A DNA stretch of 64,000 nucleotides from NCBI GenBank assembly GCA_951406725.2, contig OX597825.1, positions 71,362,001-71,426,000 of the forward strand, written 5' to 3'. Below are positions 37,175-49,465 of this stretch, piece after piece. The translations under genes and the position numbers were made by a program. Below the pieces are notes generated by a model. It searched no databases. It worked only from the letters and a program-made list of their open reading frames with translations, and was not told the origin of the DNA. Each line of letters starts with the position of its first letter. Position 1 is the stretch's first letter. The stretch is from Octopus vulgaris. Its lineage: Eukaryota.

Positions 37175-37275
37175 CTATAGTAGAAAGGTTTGTTATCATT
37201 GTTATAATGTTATCAGATAATATCATTTAAAATATTTTAATCTTTTTTTGTTTTTTCTCTCTTTCTTTCTGGCAG

Positions 37276-39441
37276 AAATTTACCTGTCAACTTGATAGAC
37301 CAGTGAAGTTTCTGTTAGGACCATGTTCATCGCCATCACACCACCAAGTAGCCAGTCAAATGGTATTACACCAAATTAACACCTCTCAGCTTTTTTAGCT
37401 GTTGGACCCACTTCCATCCAAGCTAGACATCTTTTTTGTTTTTTTAAAAAAATTTTTTTTTTAATCTCCAATCAAAGTATAGTATGGGAGGCAGAGCACT
37501 TCTGATCTCATTGCTGATTGTTTCCCCCCTCCCTTTCCCCCACTACCACCACATTTTTTTTTATATGTTTGTGTGTGGTTTTTGTATTGGCAGAGCCAGT
37601 TCACCACCACTTCCTCCTTCTCCTCCTCCTCACCTCCACCACCACCACCATATACATAATCTAATCTACTCAAACATATAAAAACATTTGTTGCACCTGC
37701 AAGATATTCTACCTTTTTTTTTTTTTTCCACCTAATTATTATTTCCCAGTAATTTATTATTACCTATTTACAGAACATCGTGCACGTGTGTTGGGCCCCC
37801 CTGGGGGTGGGGGTGGGTGGGGGTGCTTTCCAAGGGTGTGGGAGGGAGATGAATACAAAAATTTCAAAAATAAAAAAAAGGAAGACGAAAAATAATAAAC
37901 GCAACAGTAAAGGAAATCGACCCTTTTTTATCAAGGGCCACAACAACAACAGTAACAACAAATATATTAATAAGTTTGATGTTTGATAATTGTTATAAAT
38001 ATGATGATGATGATGATGTCAGTGATAGCTGTAATGATGATGATGATGATGAAGTGCGTTATGATATCTACAACAACAAGTGCAACATTGATAACTGTTC
38101 TAAGGATGATGATGATAATGATGATAATGTTGATGATGATGGTCACGGATACCAGCACTAACAATAACAGCAACAACAACACAGTAGCTATGATATTGTC
38201 CACAAGAACTGCAAGGATGAAGAACACTGATCTTGTCACAGATGCTGCATCTGTTTTTATCAGCTTAGAAAATTCTTCTTTTCTTGTGTTCCTGCAATTC
38301 TTAAAACCATCCTCCCCCCTTTTAATTCACACGTTGGATACAGAAGAAGGAGAAAAAGATGATGATGATGCTGAAGCTACCGAAGAAATATTGTTAAAGA
38401 AATAACAAAAGAAAATACCTTTCCCCCACCCCCACCCCCTAAAAAGAATTGAAAGTATTTAGTTTGGGAATGGCTGTATATAACAAAATTAATAAATAAA
38501 TAACTAATAATAATAATGATTAAAAAAAAAAGGAACAAAACCAAACAATTAAAAGAAAGAAAATATAACAACAACAACAACAAAAAAAAGAAAAAAAAGA
38601 ACAAGAAAAACCTATAAGAATTAGGTGCATTGTGTTGATTGCAATCATCTTTAATGTTTCTTAGAGTTTTTGAAAAAATATTCCATTGCTTTCTTTGGAG
38701 TCTTTGGAGAAGGATTGATTCACTTCAACACAGCAGAGGAAGATTCTAAGCAGTCGAAAGAAGGAACGAAAAGCGGATGCCATGTATGTATGTGTGGTGT
38801 GTGTGTGTGCGTGTATGCTTGTGTGCACACGTATGTATGTGCATGTATATATATATATACACACACACATATACATTTGCATATGTGTGTGTGTGTATGT
38901 GTGTAATAAATATATAAATACACATTCATTTTTACATATGCTTTTGTGTGTGTATATGTATAAATATATATATATAATATACGTACATATATACACACAC
39001 ACATGCATACATATACACACATACATCACATACACATGTGCAGGCACATATACATACATGTAATCATTTCTAAATTCTGTTCTGTTATTGGACACAGTTT
39101 TATCAGCTTATAAATTGTTAAATTTCTGTTTGTTAATTTGTTGAGAAGAAAGAGCGTAAAGGACGAGAGAAAGAAGAGAGCATTGTTGTGAGTTCACACT
39201 GACATAGATTTAAACATTTTTCCTTAATTTAAAAGAAAAACCAAAAAACAAAACAACACAAAAACTCTTTATTTTTTAAACTCTGAATTTTATTATTATT
39301 ATAATTATTATTATTATTATTATTATTTTTTACTTCTCCAATCAAATTTTACAATTGTTTTCTATGGACAAAAATGAAAGGAAAGACAGAAGGAAGTAAA
39401 GTAATTCAGATGTCTTGTAGAAACCTCTGCAGTTGAATAAA
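37276..39441 (+). other. Candidate terminal (3'-UTR) exon of the TRIM-NHL gene
   Basis: Strong acceptor ttttttctctctttctttctggcag ending at 37275. Donor-like AG|gtcagt at 34460/34461, two bases after the stop codon. The following ~2 kb lacks SINEs and is low complexity. AATAAA at 39436-39441 is one possible end among several. Confidence 0.35.
37940..38185. repeat. (GAT)n/(CAA)n trinucleotide low-complexity tract
   Basis: Direct inspection. Confidence 0.85.
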
Positions 39442-40270
39442 TGATACGTTTACAGTGTATGTGTTCAGATTTCCAATGTTGTCCGACGTTGTTGTAAGGA
39501 GGAGAAATATTCTCAAAGCAAATATAATTAACATTGATCGTTTTTTGATGGAGTAAATTTTCTTTTTTGTTTGGTTTTGTTTTATTGCCAAGAAGGCTTG
39601 GCATCATAGTTAAGAATTTTGCTTCCCAACCACCACAGGGTTTTGGATTCTGACTGTGTGGCACCATGGGTAAGTGTCTTCTAATGTGGCCCCTGGGTCA
39701 ACCAAAGCCTTGTGAGTGGATTTATCAGATGGAAGCCGATAGAAGCTCATTGTGTGTATTTGTATGTACCCTTTTCTAGACAAGATCTGATGGTTGTAAA
39801 TGGACATCATCATTATCATCCTCATCATAAAGTGATGCTTTTGCAAAATTTTTCCCAAAGTTTTTGAAAAATTTTCCCCATAAATTTTCAAAAATTTTGG
39901 AAAAATTTTTGAGGAAAATTTTCAAAAAATTTTTCAAAAGTTATTGGGAAGATTTTCCCCAAAAGTTTTTGAAAATTTTTCCCTACTGTCCTCAACTCTG
40001 TGTTACTTTTTCAGGTTTGCCTCAAGCATTTGTTTCCTTGAAGGAAAGCCTTGTTGGTTTTGAATTGACATTGACACTTCTGTAACTTTGCTTTTTATTA
40101 GGTAGGGGTGTTGGCCTTATGTAAACCCATTTTTATCTTGGGAAAGTGTTGGTCCATATTAGTCTGGTGTCTTTCTTTCGACCATGTCCAGCATGGGTGG
40201 CTCTGCTAGCTTAGCTCTCAGAGATTGCGGTACACAAGCCACCAAACTGCATTAGGGACTAGGTCTTGTG

Positions 40271-42239
40271 ATCATCATCGTTTAACGTCCTTTTTCCATG
40301 CTAGCATGGGTTGGATGGTTCGACTGGGGTCTGGGAAGCCAGGAGGCTGCACCAGACTCTAGTCTGATCTGGCAGTGTTTCTACAGCTGGATGCCCTTCC
40401 TAATGCCAACCACTCTGTGAGTGTAGTGGGTGCTTTTTACATGCCACTAGCACAGATGCCAGGTGAGGCTGGGAATGGCCACGATCTGTTGGTGCTTTTT
40501 ACGTGCCACCAGCACAAGTATCACAACTACAATTTCCATTTGATTTTTTGATGTACTTGACTCAATAGGTCCCCTCAAGCACAGGGTCGAAACGGTGTTT
40601 CTTTACTTGCCACCCGCACAGGAGTCAGTCCAGTGGCACTGGCAACGAACTCGCTTGAATGTTTTGTTCACGTGCCAGTAAGGCGACACTCGTAACGATC
40701 ATGCTCAAAAGGTGCTTTTTACATGCCCACCGGCACGGAAGCCAGACAGCTGCTCTGGCAGTGGTCCCGCTCGGATGGAGCTGTTAATACTCCAGTGGCA
40801 CGGGTGCCAGTCATCGAATTTAGTTCAATTTTGATTTCACTTGCCCCAACAGGTCTTCGCAAGCAGAGTTTTGTGTCCAAAGAAAGAAAGGTATGCATAA
40901 GTGGGCTGGCTACATCCCTGGTAAAGGCCATGTCTTGTCCTGCCAAGTCTTCTCACGCACAGCATATTTCCAAAGTTCTCAGTCACTAGTTATTGCCTCA
41001 GTGAGTCCTAATGTTCGAAGGTCGTGCTTCACCACTTCGTCCCAGGTTCCTGCAACCGCTAGGAGTGGCACTTTTACTGCAACCGCTAGGGAGTGGCACT
41101 TTTACACACACAGACACCTATCTTCATCCATTCTTGCCACATGACCATACCAGCGCAATTGTCTCTCTTGCACACCACATCTGATGCTTCTTAGGTCCAG
41201 CTTTTCTCTCAAGGTACTTACACTCTGTCGTCTATGTACACTGACATTACACATCTATTGGAGAATACTGGCTTCATTCCTTGCGAGCTTACACATGTCC
41301 TCAGCAGTCACGGCCCATGTTTCACTGCCATGTAGCATGGCTGTTCGTACACATGCGTCATACAGTCTGCCTTTTACTCTGAGCGAGAGGCCTTTTGTCA
41401 ACAGCAGAGGTAAGAGCTCTCTGAACTTTGCACAAGCTATTCTTACTCTAGCAGTTACACTTTCAGCACACTCGCCCCCACTACTGACTTGATCACCTAG
41501 GTAACGGAAGCTATCAACTACTTCTAGTTTTTCTCCCTGGAAAGTGGCAGAAGTTATTCTCTGCACATTTTCAGTGTTTATTGCTCCTGAGCATCTGCCA
41601 CATACAAAACTATCTTCCTAGTTAGCATTCCTTTGACATTGCTGCACCTCTTATGTGTCCATAGCTTACACTGGGTACATCTTATAGTTTCTACCTACAC
41701 CTTTTCTACAGATCGAGCAGGGCCATCTACCTGAAGGCGTTTGTGGTTTGCTTGCCTTCCTACATATGAGGACTTTGGTTTTAGCTAGGTTGATTCTAAG
41801 GCCCCTCAATTCTAATCCTTGATTCCATACTTGAAACTGCACCTCTAGTTCTGATCGTGACTCAGCAATTAGACTAAGGTCATCAGCATAGAGGAGCTCC
41901 CAAGGGCATCCTGTCTTGAATTCCTCTGTTATTGCCTGGAGAACTATGATAAATAGGAGGGGGCTAAGGACTGAACTGTGGTGGATCCCTACCTCTACCC
42001 GGAATTCTTCACTGTACTCGTTGCCAACCCTCATTTACTGACAGCATCCTTGTACATGGCTTGCACAGCTCTCACTAACCATTCATCTATCCCTAGTTTC
42101 CTCATTGACCGCCAGATAAGGGATCGGGGGACCCTGTCAAAGGCTGTCTCCATGTCAACGAAAGTCAGGTACAGAGGTTTATCTTTGGCTAGGTATTTCT
42201 CCTGCAGCTGTCTTACCAGGAATATAGCCTCAGTGGTGC
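40271..42239 (-). mobile_element. 5'-truncated, frameshifted RTE-clade LINE (reverse transcriptase C-terminal half + 3' UTR)
   Basis: Adjacent minus-strand ORFs carry RT motifs FVDMETAFDRV, VLSPLLF, LLYADDL, FRYLG and AMLHGSETW. The 3' UTR has GGTGCTTTTTACGTGCC repeats and a (GAT)n tail at 40271. Confidence 0.93.
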
Positions 42240-42467
42240 AGAGATGAATATACACGTGGACTATTTCTGTCCCAAAAAAACATCCACAATTACACACACA
42301 CACAGTGGGGATGCATACTAGAAAACTCACAATACCTTAGTGTAGTGGAATCTATAACTCTAGATTGAGGTCCATCAGTTAGAGCTCACTTAATCGGGAC
42401 TTGTCTACAGCAGTCATTATACATCCTACTTCATAGCTGGAATAATTTTGAACATAAGTCTGCTTAA

Positions 42468-42687
42468 CCCTTTAACATTCAGATTAATCTGTTAAATGTA
42501 AAGCCTGTTTAATCACATTGTTTTAAATTAATTGTACAGCATCTTGTAACTCTGAGATTTTGATGTTGTCCCTGTATATTTTTAGAATGACTTTGTAGGG
42601 TAGATGTAAGAGGTCAGAGCTGGCTGGTTTGAACATAAAACAAGAAGACTATTTTGGCCTGATATGGCCGGTTTAAACACTAAAGGG
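42468..42687. mobile_element. piggyBac-type MITE, family 2
   Basis: TTAA|CCCTTTA ... TAAAGGG|TTAA. Confidence 0.8.
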
Positions 42688-43008
42688 TTAATCAAGGTCG
42701 ACCAGGGGCTAAAGAGCAAGAACAAGAACTGATACTTTCAGGATAAGATGATCATTCACAGTTGCTTGGATGAACATTAAACCTGTTATGGTAACAGTTC
42801 TTTTTTAGCACTGAATATTCATACATAGAGAGAGGACATTGCAAAATACCAACTGAACATGACTGGCATAAAACGTTTCCCTCACCTCATATACATGGAG
42901 AAATGTGCTCACATGGAGAGAGCAAGAGAGTGGGGATGTAATTTTTAATGCATCTTTTTCTAGATTAAAAGTTGTAATAGTTACTGTATTTTTCTGACCA
43001 GGTTCCAT

Positions 43009-43171
43009 AGGCATAGGAGTGGCTGTGTGGTAAGTAGCTTGCTTGCGAACCACATTATTCCAGGTTCAGTCCCACTGCGTGGCACCTTGGGCAAGTGTCT
43101 TCCACTATAGCCTTGGGCCAACCAAAGCCTTGCGAGTGGATTTGGTAGATGGAAACTAAAAGCCCATCGTG

Positions 43172-43202
<31 letters not shown>

Positions 43203-43414
43203 GTGTATATGTTTGTGTGTCTGTGTTTGTCCCCCCAACATTGCTTGACAACCGGTACTGGTGTGTTTACGTCTCCATAACTTAGCGATTTGGCAAAAGG
43301 AACTGATAGAATAAGTACTAGGCTTACAAAGAATAAGTCCTGGGGTCGATTTGTTTGGCAAAAGGCAGTGCTCCAGCATGGCCACTGTCAAATGACTGAA
43401 ACGAGTTAAAGAGT
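43009..43414 (+). mobile_element. tRNA-derived SINE (GGAGTGGCTGTGTGGTAAG head, GACTGAAACAAGTAAAAGAG tail) with internal (TA/TG)n
   Basis: Same element at 21390-21766 (+), 10525-10940 (+), 8357-8727 (-) and 63367-63792 (-). Diverged copies at ~27567-27915, ~52810-53125, ~22920-23100, ~13410-13620 and ~39600-39760. Confidence 0.9.
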
Positions 43415-45734
43415 AAGACCTACTTTGAAGTATGAACACTTTTGATATAAATCTTCAAGCCATCTGAAGGAATTGCTGAACATGACTGGCATGAAACTTT
43501 TCCCTCTCCACATAGACATAGAGAAATGTGCTCACATAGAGAGAGAGAGAGCAAGAGATTTGACAACAAATGTTTGTTGTCAAATAAGTCTGTCGAATCA
43601 GCAATGTCAAAACAGCCATGCCAAAGATGTCTCAAACTCTACTGCTATATCAAGCCAGAAATGTGAATCAGACTATGGATCCTTCTTCCTTTAACTTTGG
43701 ATATAAATATTAATGATTAAGAAGTTACAGGATCTAAAATATTGAATATATTGTCATGAGTTCAAACATTGTTACATCCATTATGCTGAGTCCTGAAATT
43801 TTAGGGTGTTTTTCTTTTCTTTTTTTTCTTTCCTTTTATACAAACAATGTAGTTTTTAGCAATTTTTTTTTTTTAAAAGTTTTCACTGATTTCAAAGTGT
43901 CATAATCATTTATTTTCACCGGGAAATGTTTCTGCTATAGAATATTCTGGAAACCAGTTTTGCAAAGGGCAGATGCTGATTGAGAAATATCATGGCTGTC
44001 ACTTGCAAGCGAGTTTGACTTGGTAGCATGTACCATGGTTTCACTTATTGTTTTAAATGCCTGTGTAGTTGCAAGCAGACACAAATCGCCTTGGCTCTCT
44101 CACCCTTGACGCAGTGGAATATCAAGGCTGGAAGGAGAGACAACTGTACTAGCATTTGACTGTATTTATTTTCAGCTGAGTAGAATGAAGCAACATAAAA
44201 TGAATTACCTTGCTCAAGGATGCGATGCATTTCCTAGTCCAGGAATTGATCAGGAACCCAACATTAGGCCACTTGCTTTTCTACCTGGAAGTAAACACAA
44301 ATAGAAAAAATATATAAAACGAGAAACAAGACATCTGAAATTTAAACAAAATAATACAATGATAAAAATAATTGTTTTCATATACTCACCCCATCTTATC
44401 AGCTCTTCCCATAAATAAACAGAATTATTTTTACACCCTACTACAGTTAAAATCTATGCTTGTTTTTCTTTAAAAAAAAAACACATCCTGTTGCAGAAAA
44501 TTGAGTTGTTTTGCTGTTTTCTGCTTCATTATCTAAGTGTATGTATGTGTGTGTATGGTGGGGTGGCTTATATGATTTCTCCAGCTAGACGTTAAGCCTA
44601 TAAAACTTTGAGAAGGAGGAAAAATGAAAACTGATGTTTCTGCTTTGCTTTAAGAGCAAGGAAATAGCTACTCTACTCAGAGAGTCAAAACCAGGTCATC
44701 AACCTAGATCATCAAGGACTCAAGGACTTCTGCTCTCTGGTAGTCTAGATGTCATCTCTTTTCCTTTTTTCTTCAGTATCCATCTTTTATAATAATGTAT
44801 GAGATACAATTCGAGGTCATTTAAAATCTCTCTCCATCTTGTGTTTCCTTAATTCCAGCAATCTGTTCCCATCAAACAATTACAACAACAACAACAACAA
44901 AAAATGCTTTTGCCTTATTCAATAAGTATTGCTTTTATTAGCATCAGTAGCAGCAGCAGTGCCACTTCTTCAAGAATGGTGTGTATTTGTTTACTGTGAG
45001 ATGCAGTAAATACCGATGTTTTTGAATAGCATCTTCTGCCAAAGAACTAACATGAAACGGTAATCTCTAGAATTTCCAGCATCATCTGAGATAGGCGGAT
45101 GATCAAAGGGTTCAGTTAAATTGGTGAAACGGCTTTTGGTAAAATATCAAATCGTTTGAAAACAGCAGACATTAATTGAAAGTTTACAACAATCTACTAA
45201 TACAATCTTAGTGATCTCTTCATAAATTATAGTGTCCAAATAGTATACCATGAATGTCTTCCACTGGTTATCAATGAATAATTTTCCTCCAAGTTGTATG
45301 TAATGGCAGCTCAATCTCTAGTAAACCATCTCTTTAGTTTCCATAGTTTTGTTGGAAAATAAAAGGCATTTGATGGCATTAAAGACGTAGGCATATAAAA
45401 TGCACTCTAATTTTAGCAGTGCGTGTTCAAGGGGGAAAAAGTTTCTAATACAGCAACTCTTAAGCATTTCAACCAGACATATCCATCTCAAATACTCTAC
45501 CAGTTCTATGTTAAAACTAAGGCAGCGAGCTGGCAGAAACGTTAGGACACCGAGCGAAATGCGTAGCTGTATTTCGTCTGCCGTTACGTTGTGAGTTCAA
45601 ATTCCACCGAAGTCGACTTTGCCTTTCATCCTTTCAGGGTCGATAAATTAGGTACCAGTTACGCACTGGGGTCGATATAATCGACTCAATCCATTTGTCT
45701 GTCCTTGTTTGTCCTCTCTGTGTTTAGCCCATTG

Positions 45735-46066
45735 TGATGTCCTGCAAACTTGCAAGTGCTACCAGTCAAAAGCTCTGTATACCGGAAGCCAGCAAGTGTA
45801 TGGGGTCATCAGGAGAGAATGCGCGCCGTTTCAGGGCCTACCTCTCGACGGCATCAATGCGCCCCCCCCCTCATTGATATGAGGCCCCGCTTGCTAGATC
45901 AGCTGGTTATGAAATTAAACTCAATATCCTTCTAGCCATCGCTCATCGTCTCTTTTTAACCAAATCCAGTGGCTAGCCTTCTCCACTGTAGATTGGATAT
46001 CAGTCATGGTGGTATTGACTTTACGATGAGTTAGGCCTAGCAATAACAACAGTTGTCTCTACATCA
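45735..46066. mobile_element. Possible solo LTR interrupting a SINE dimer
   Basis: GC-richer 332-bp insert bounded by TGATGT...ACATCA, with an internal ATTAAA. No clean TSD. Confidence 0.4.
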
Positions 46067-46500
46067 ATTCCGTCGAGGTCGACTTTGCCTTTCATCCTTT
46101 CGGGGTTGATTAAATAAATACCAGTTCTGCACTGGGATCTATGTAATCAACTTAATCCATTTGTCTGTCCTTGTTTGTCCCCTCTGTGTGTAGCCCCTTG
46201 TGGGCAGTAAAGAAATAAGTTCTGTGTTAAAACTGGTTAGATCCAGCTTCTCACATCTACCCTACAAGATCATTCCAAAATTGAGCAATCATGTTATTGA
46301 AATCTAAGAGATAAGCAATCATTTCATTGGTAGCTACAAGATAAGGCATGATTAATTCAAAACAATAAAAATGTATTAGATTCGACAATAATCTGAATGC
46401 TAAAGGGTTAAAACATATAACATTGTCCCAACTTTGCATAAAGGACCTGAGGTGATTTTTTGGTTTTTACTTTGCTTCAGTGACTTTTTCAGTAATAAGG

Positions 46501-46794
46501 CGTGGAGGCACATGGCCTAGTGGTTAGAGCAGCAGACTTGCGGTCGAAGGATCGCGGGTTTGAATCTCAGACCAGGCGATGTGTGTGTTTATGAGCAAAA
46601 CACCTAAGCTCCACGTAGCTCCGGCAGAAGGTAATGGCAAACTTCTGCCGACTCTTTCGCCACAATTTTCTCTCACTCTTTCCTCCCGCATCTTGCAGCT
46701 CACCTGCGGCAGACCAGCGTCCCGTCCAGATGGGGAACCTATATGCCAAGGAAACCGGGCGTAATGAGTTAGGCATGGCTCGGGAAGGAAACAA
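46501..46794 (+). mobile_element. tRNA-derived SINE, same family as 6986-7291
   Basis: Near-identical body; TSD TAATAAGG on both sides. Confidence 0.9.
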
Positions 46795-47383
46795 TAATAA
46801 GGTGCTTCTTATATACTATTAAATGCAGTACTATTCCCCTATTTGGTAGTTGGGGGGGGGGAGGTGTAGCAATACAAAGTATTCTTTAATACATCTTTCT
46901 CTACAGATTAAAAGTTGTAATAGTTACTGTTTTTGTCTGACTGGGTTCCACAAGACTTACTCTGAAGTAGGAACACTTTTGATATAAATCTTCAAGCCAT
47001 CTGAAGGAAATGTTTCCAATATAATGACCAGCAAATCCTCAATCTCAATTATGGAATATTACGCAAATACCAAAAATGGCATATATTTACACATTTACCT
47101 AATTTCCAGTCTTCTAAATTCTAGTCTATCCAGTCCAGCATTAACGAGGCAACTAATCAATAATAGCTAAATATCTAATCAAATGTAAAGATTTCAGTAT
47201 TCTTGACATTTCAGGCATGTTTAAATTCTGCGAGTTATCAGCAAGGTATTGATTGGTTATTTCCATAGACAGAGTGGATCAGAACCATGATTAGTGTTAA
47301 TGCATTGAGCATCAGAAATCTAAATGGAAATAGTTACATATGCAAATGAGTAAAAGACACCTTTTGGCTCAAAAACTAATTTA

Positions 47384-47945
47384 TTGGGTTGTCAGGAAAG
47401 TTCGTGCCGATTTTTAAAGGAAAGAAAAAGGTCAATAAATACTTGCCATTACATTTTTAATCAACCAAATATGAACCCTTTTGTTGCACAATGTGTCTCC
47501 ATCTTTCCTTTAACTTGAAAATACCCTCTTCCCAGAATTGAGGTGGTTTCATGGCAAAGAATTCATTAAGCTATCTTTTTATGTCGTCCAAAGAATTGAA
47601 ATTTTTACCATTAAGACTATTCTGCAGAGACCTGAATAAGTGGAAATCCGAAGGAGCAATACCTGGGGAATATGGAGGGTGGGGTAACACATCCCAGCCG
47701 AGCTGCAGCAATTTTTGTCTGGTTCTCAAAGCATCAAGTGCCGAAAATGAACTTATCTTCCATTTTAAAGGGTTACAGAATTAACACAGGTTATAGGAAC
47801 ATAAACCTTCTTCCACGAAAAGGGAGCTTAAACTGTGCTCTAAATGGAAACATAGTGAAATCCTATTTTATGGACTCAACCATGTTCTAAAATAAGTCGA
47901 AAGGTAAGCTACTGTAAATCGGCATGAACTTTCCGGACAACCCAA
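47384..47945 (-). mobile_element. Internally deleted mariner transposon
   Basis: TA-flanked ~30-bp TIRs TTGGGTTGTC(A/C)GGAAAGTTC(G/A)TGCCGATTT. The minus strand encodes the transposase C-terminus LGWDVLPHPPYSPGIAPSDFHLFRSL (YSPDLAP motif) with an internal stop. Confidence 0.93.
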
Positions 47946-48754
47946 TATAATCTTATTAAGGCAGTGAACTAGCAGAATCATTAGCAAGGTTGGACAAAAT
48001 GCTTTGTGGCATTTACTCCAACTCTGTGTTCTGAGTACAAATAGCATCAAGGTCAACTTTAACTATTATCCTTTCAAGCATTAATAAAATACCAGTTAAG
48101 TACTGGGGCTGATAAAAAGCAACTATTCTCTCCCCTGCTCCCCTCTGAAAAATTTCCTGAGTTTCTGCTTATAATGGAGAGAATTACTATTATTTTTATT
48201 GGGTGGTCAGCTGGCAAAATCATTTGTGAGTCTGACAAAATGTTTTCTGGTATTTCTTTCAGATTTACTTTCTGGGTTCCTGGGGTCAGTAAAAACCACC
48301 TTCCCCTAAAACTGTTGGCCTTGCTCATGAAACCTGAGACAAACTCAGTTTCGGTTATGATAGAAAAGAAAAACCCAAAAAACAAACAAACCTGTCCTCT
48401 CCAATTTACTAAACACTCACTCGTTTGACAAAATTTTTTGTTGTATTGTGTTTTCGTTTCTTTTTGCATCTCTTATTTATTATTGATATTCTATAAAATA
48501 TGAAGCTGTATCCTTTTAATTTGCTGCTTTTCTATATGCTAATTGAGAAGATATCTTGCAGAGCAGTCGTTATTTTAATGAGATGCATCTTGTAATCGCC
48601 CAAAGAGACACAGCTACACTGATGGATACCAGTTCAGTGTCCTACCAGTGGGCGAAACAATTGCAGTGATTAATAAATATTCTCATATCCTCCATCATCC
48701 ATCTCTCTCATCAACCATATATGTGTGTATGTGTATATATATATATATATACAC

Positions 48755-49465
48755 ATCATCATCATCATTTAACGTCCGTTTTCCATGCTAGCATGGGTTG
48801 GACGATTCGACTGGGGTCTGGGAAGCCAGGAGGCTGCATCAGGCTCCAGTTTGATTTGGCATGGTTTCTACACCTGGATGCCCTTCCCAATGCCAACCAC
48901 TCCGTGAGTGTAATGGGTGCTTTTTACGTGCCACCGGCATGGGTATCACAACTACAATTTCTATTTGATATTATTTTGATGTTGATGTACTTGACTCAAT
49001 AGGTTTCCTCAAGCACAGCAAGTCACCCTATGATCCAAGGTAAGCACAGCAGGCCATCCCATGAACTCACTTCATTTGTCAGGTCTTCACAGTCACAGCA
49101 TATCTCCAGAGGTCTCGGTCTTTCATCATTGCCTCTGTGAGGTCCAACATTCGAAGGTCATGCTTGACCACCTCATCCCATGTCTTCCTCTACCCTGGAT
49201 TCCTTCAACTGTTTGGGAGTGGCATTTCTTCACACATTTCTCCTCATCCATCTGTAGTACATGACCATACCAGTGCAAATGTCTCTCTTGCACACCACAT
49301 CTGATGCTTCTTATGTCCAACATTTCTCTCAGGGTGCTTACACTCTGTCATGTGTGCACACTGACATAACACATCTAGCGGATCATGCTAGCTTCATTTC
49401 TTTTAAGCCTACGCATGTCCTCAGCAGTCACGGCCCATGTTTCACTGCCGTGAAGCATGGCAGTT
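48755..49465 (-). mobile_element. Shorter 3' fragment of the same RTE LINE family
   Basis: Similar to 40271-41340 (cagcagtcacggcccatgtttcactgcc; LHWYGHVLQMDE) with the same 3' tail. Confidence 0.88.

Noticed and set aside
37967-38405. Poly-Met, poly-Asp and poly-Ile ORFs
   Set aside because: These are reading frames of (GAT)n/(CAA)n microsatellites. They superficially recall Met-rich reflectins but have no reflectin motif.
44930-45330. Coding exon in the unique-looking sequence
   Set aside because: The frames I translated contain stops, show no recognisable motif, and have no convincing splice pair.
45800-45840. Type II hammerhead (minus strand GAAA...CUGAUGA)
   Set aside because: Stems I and II cannot pair and no UH triplet follows stem III.
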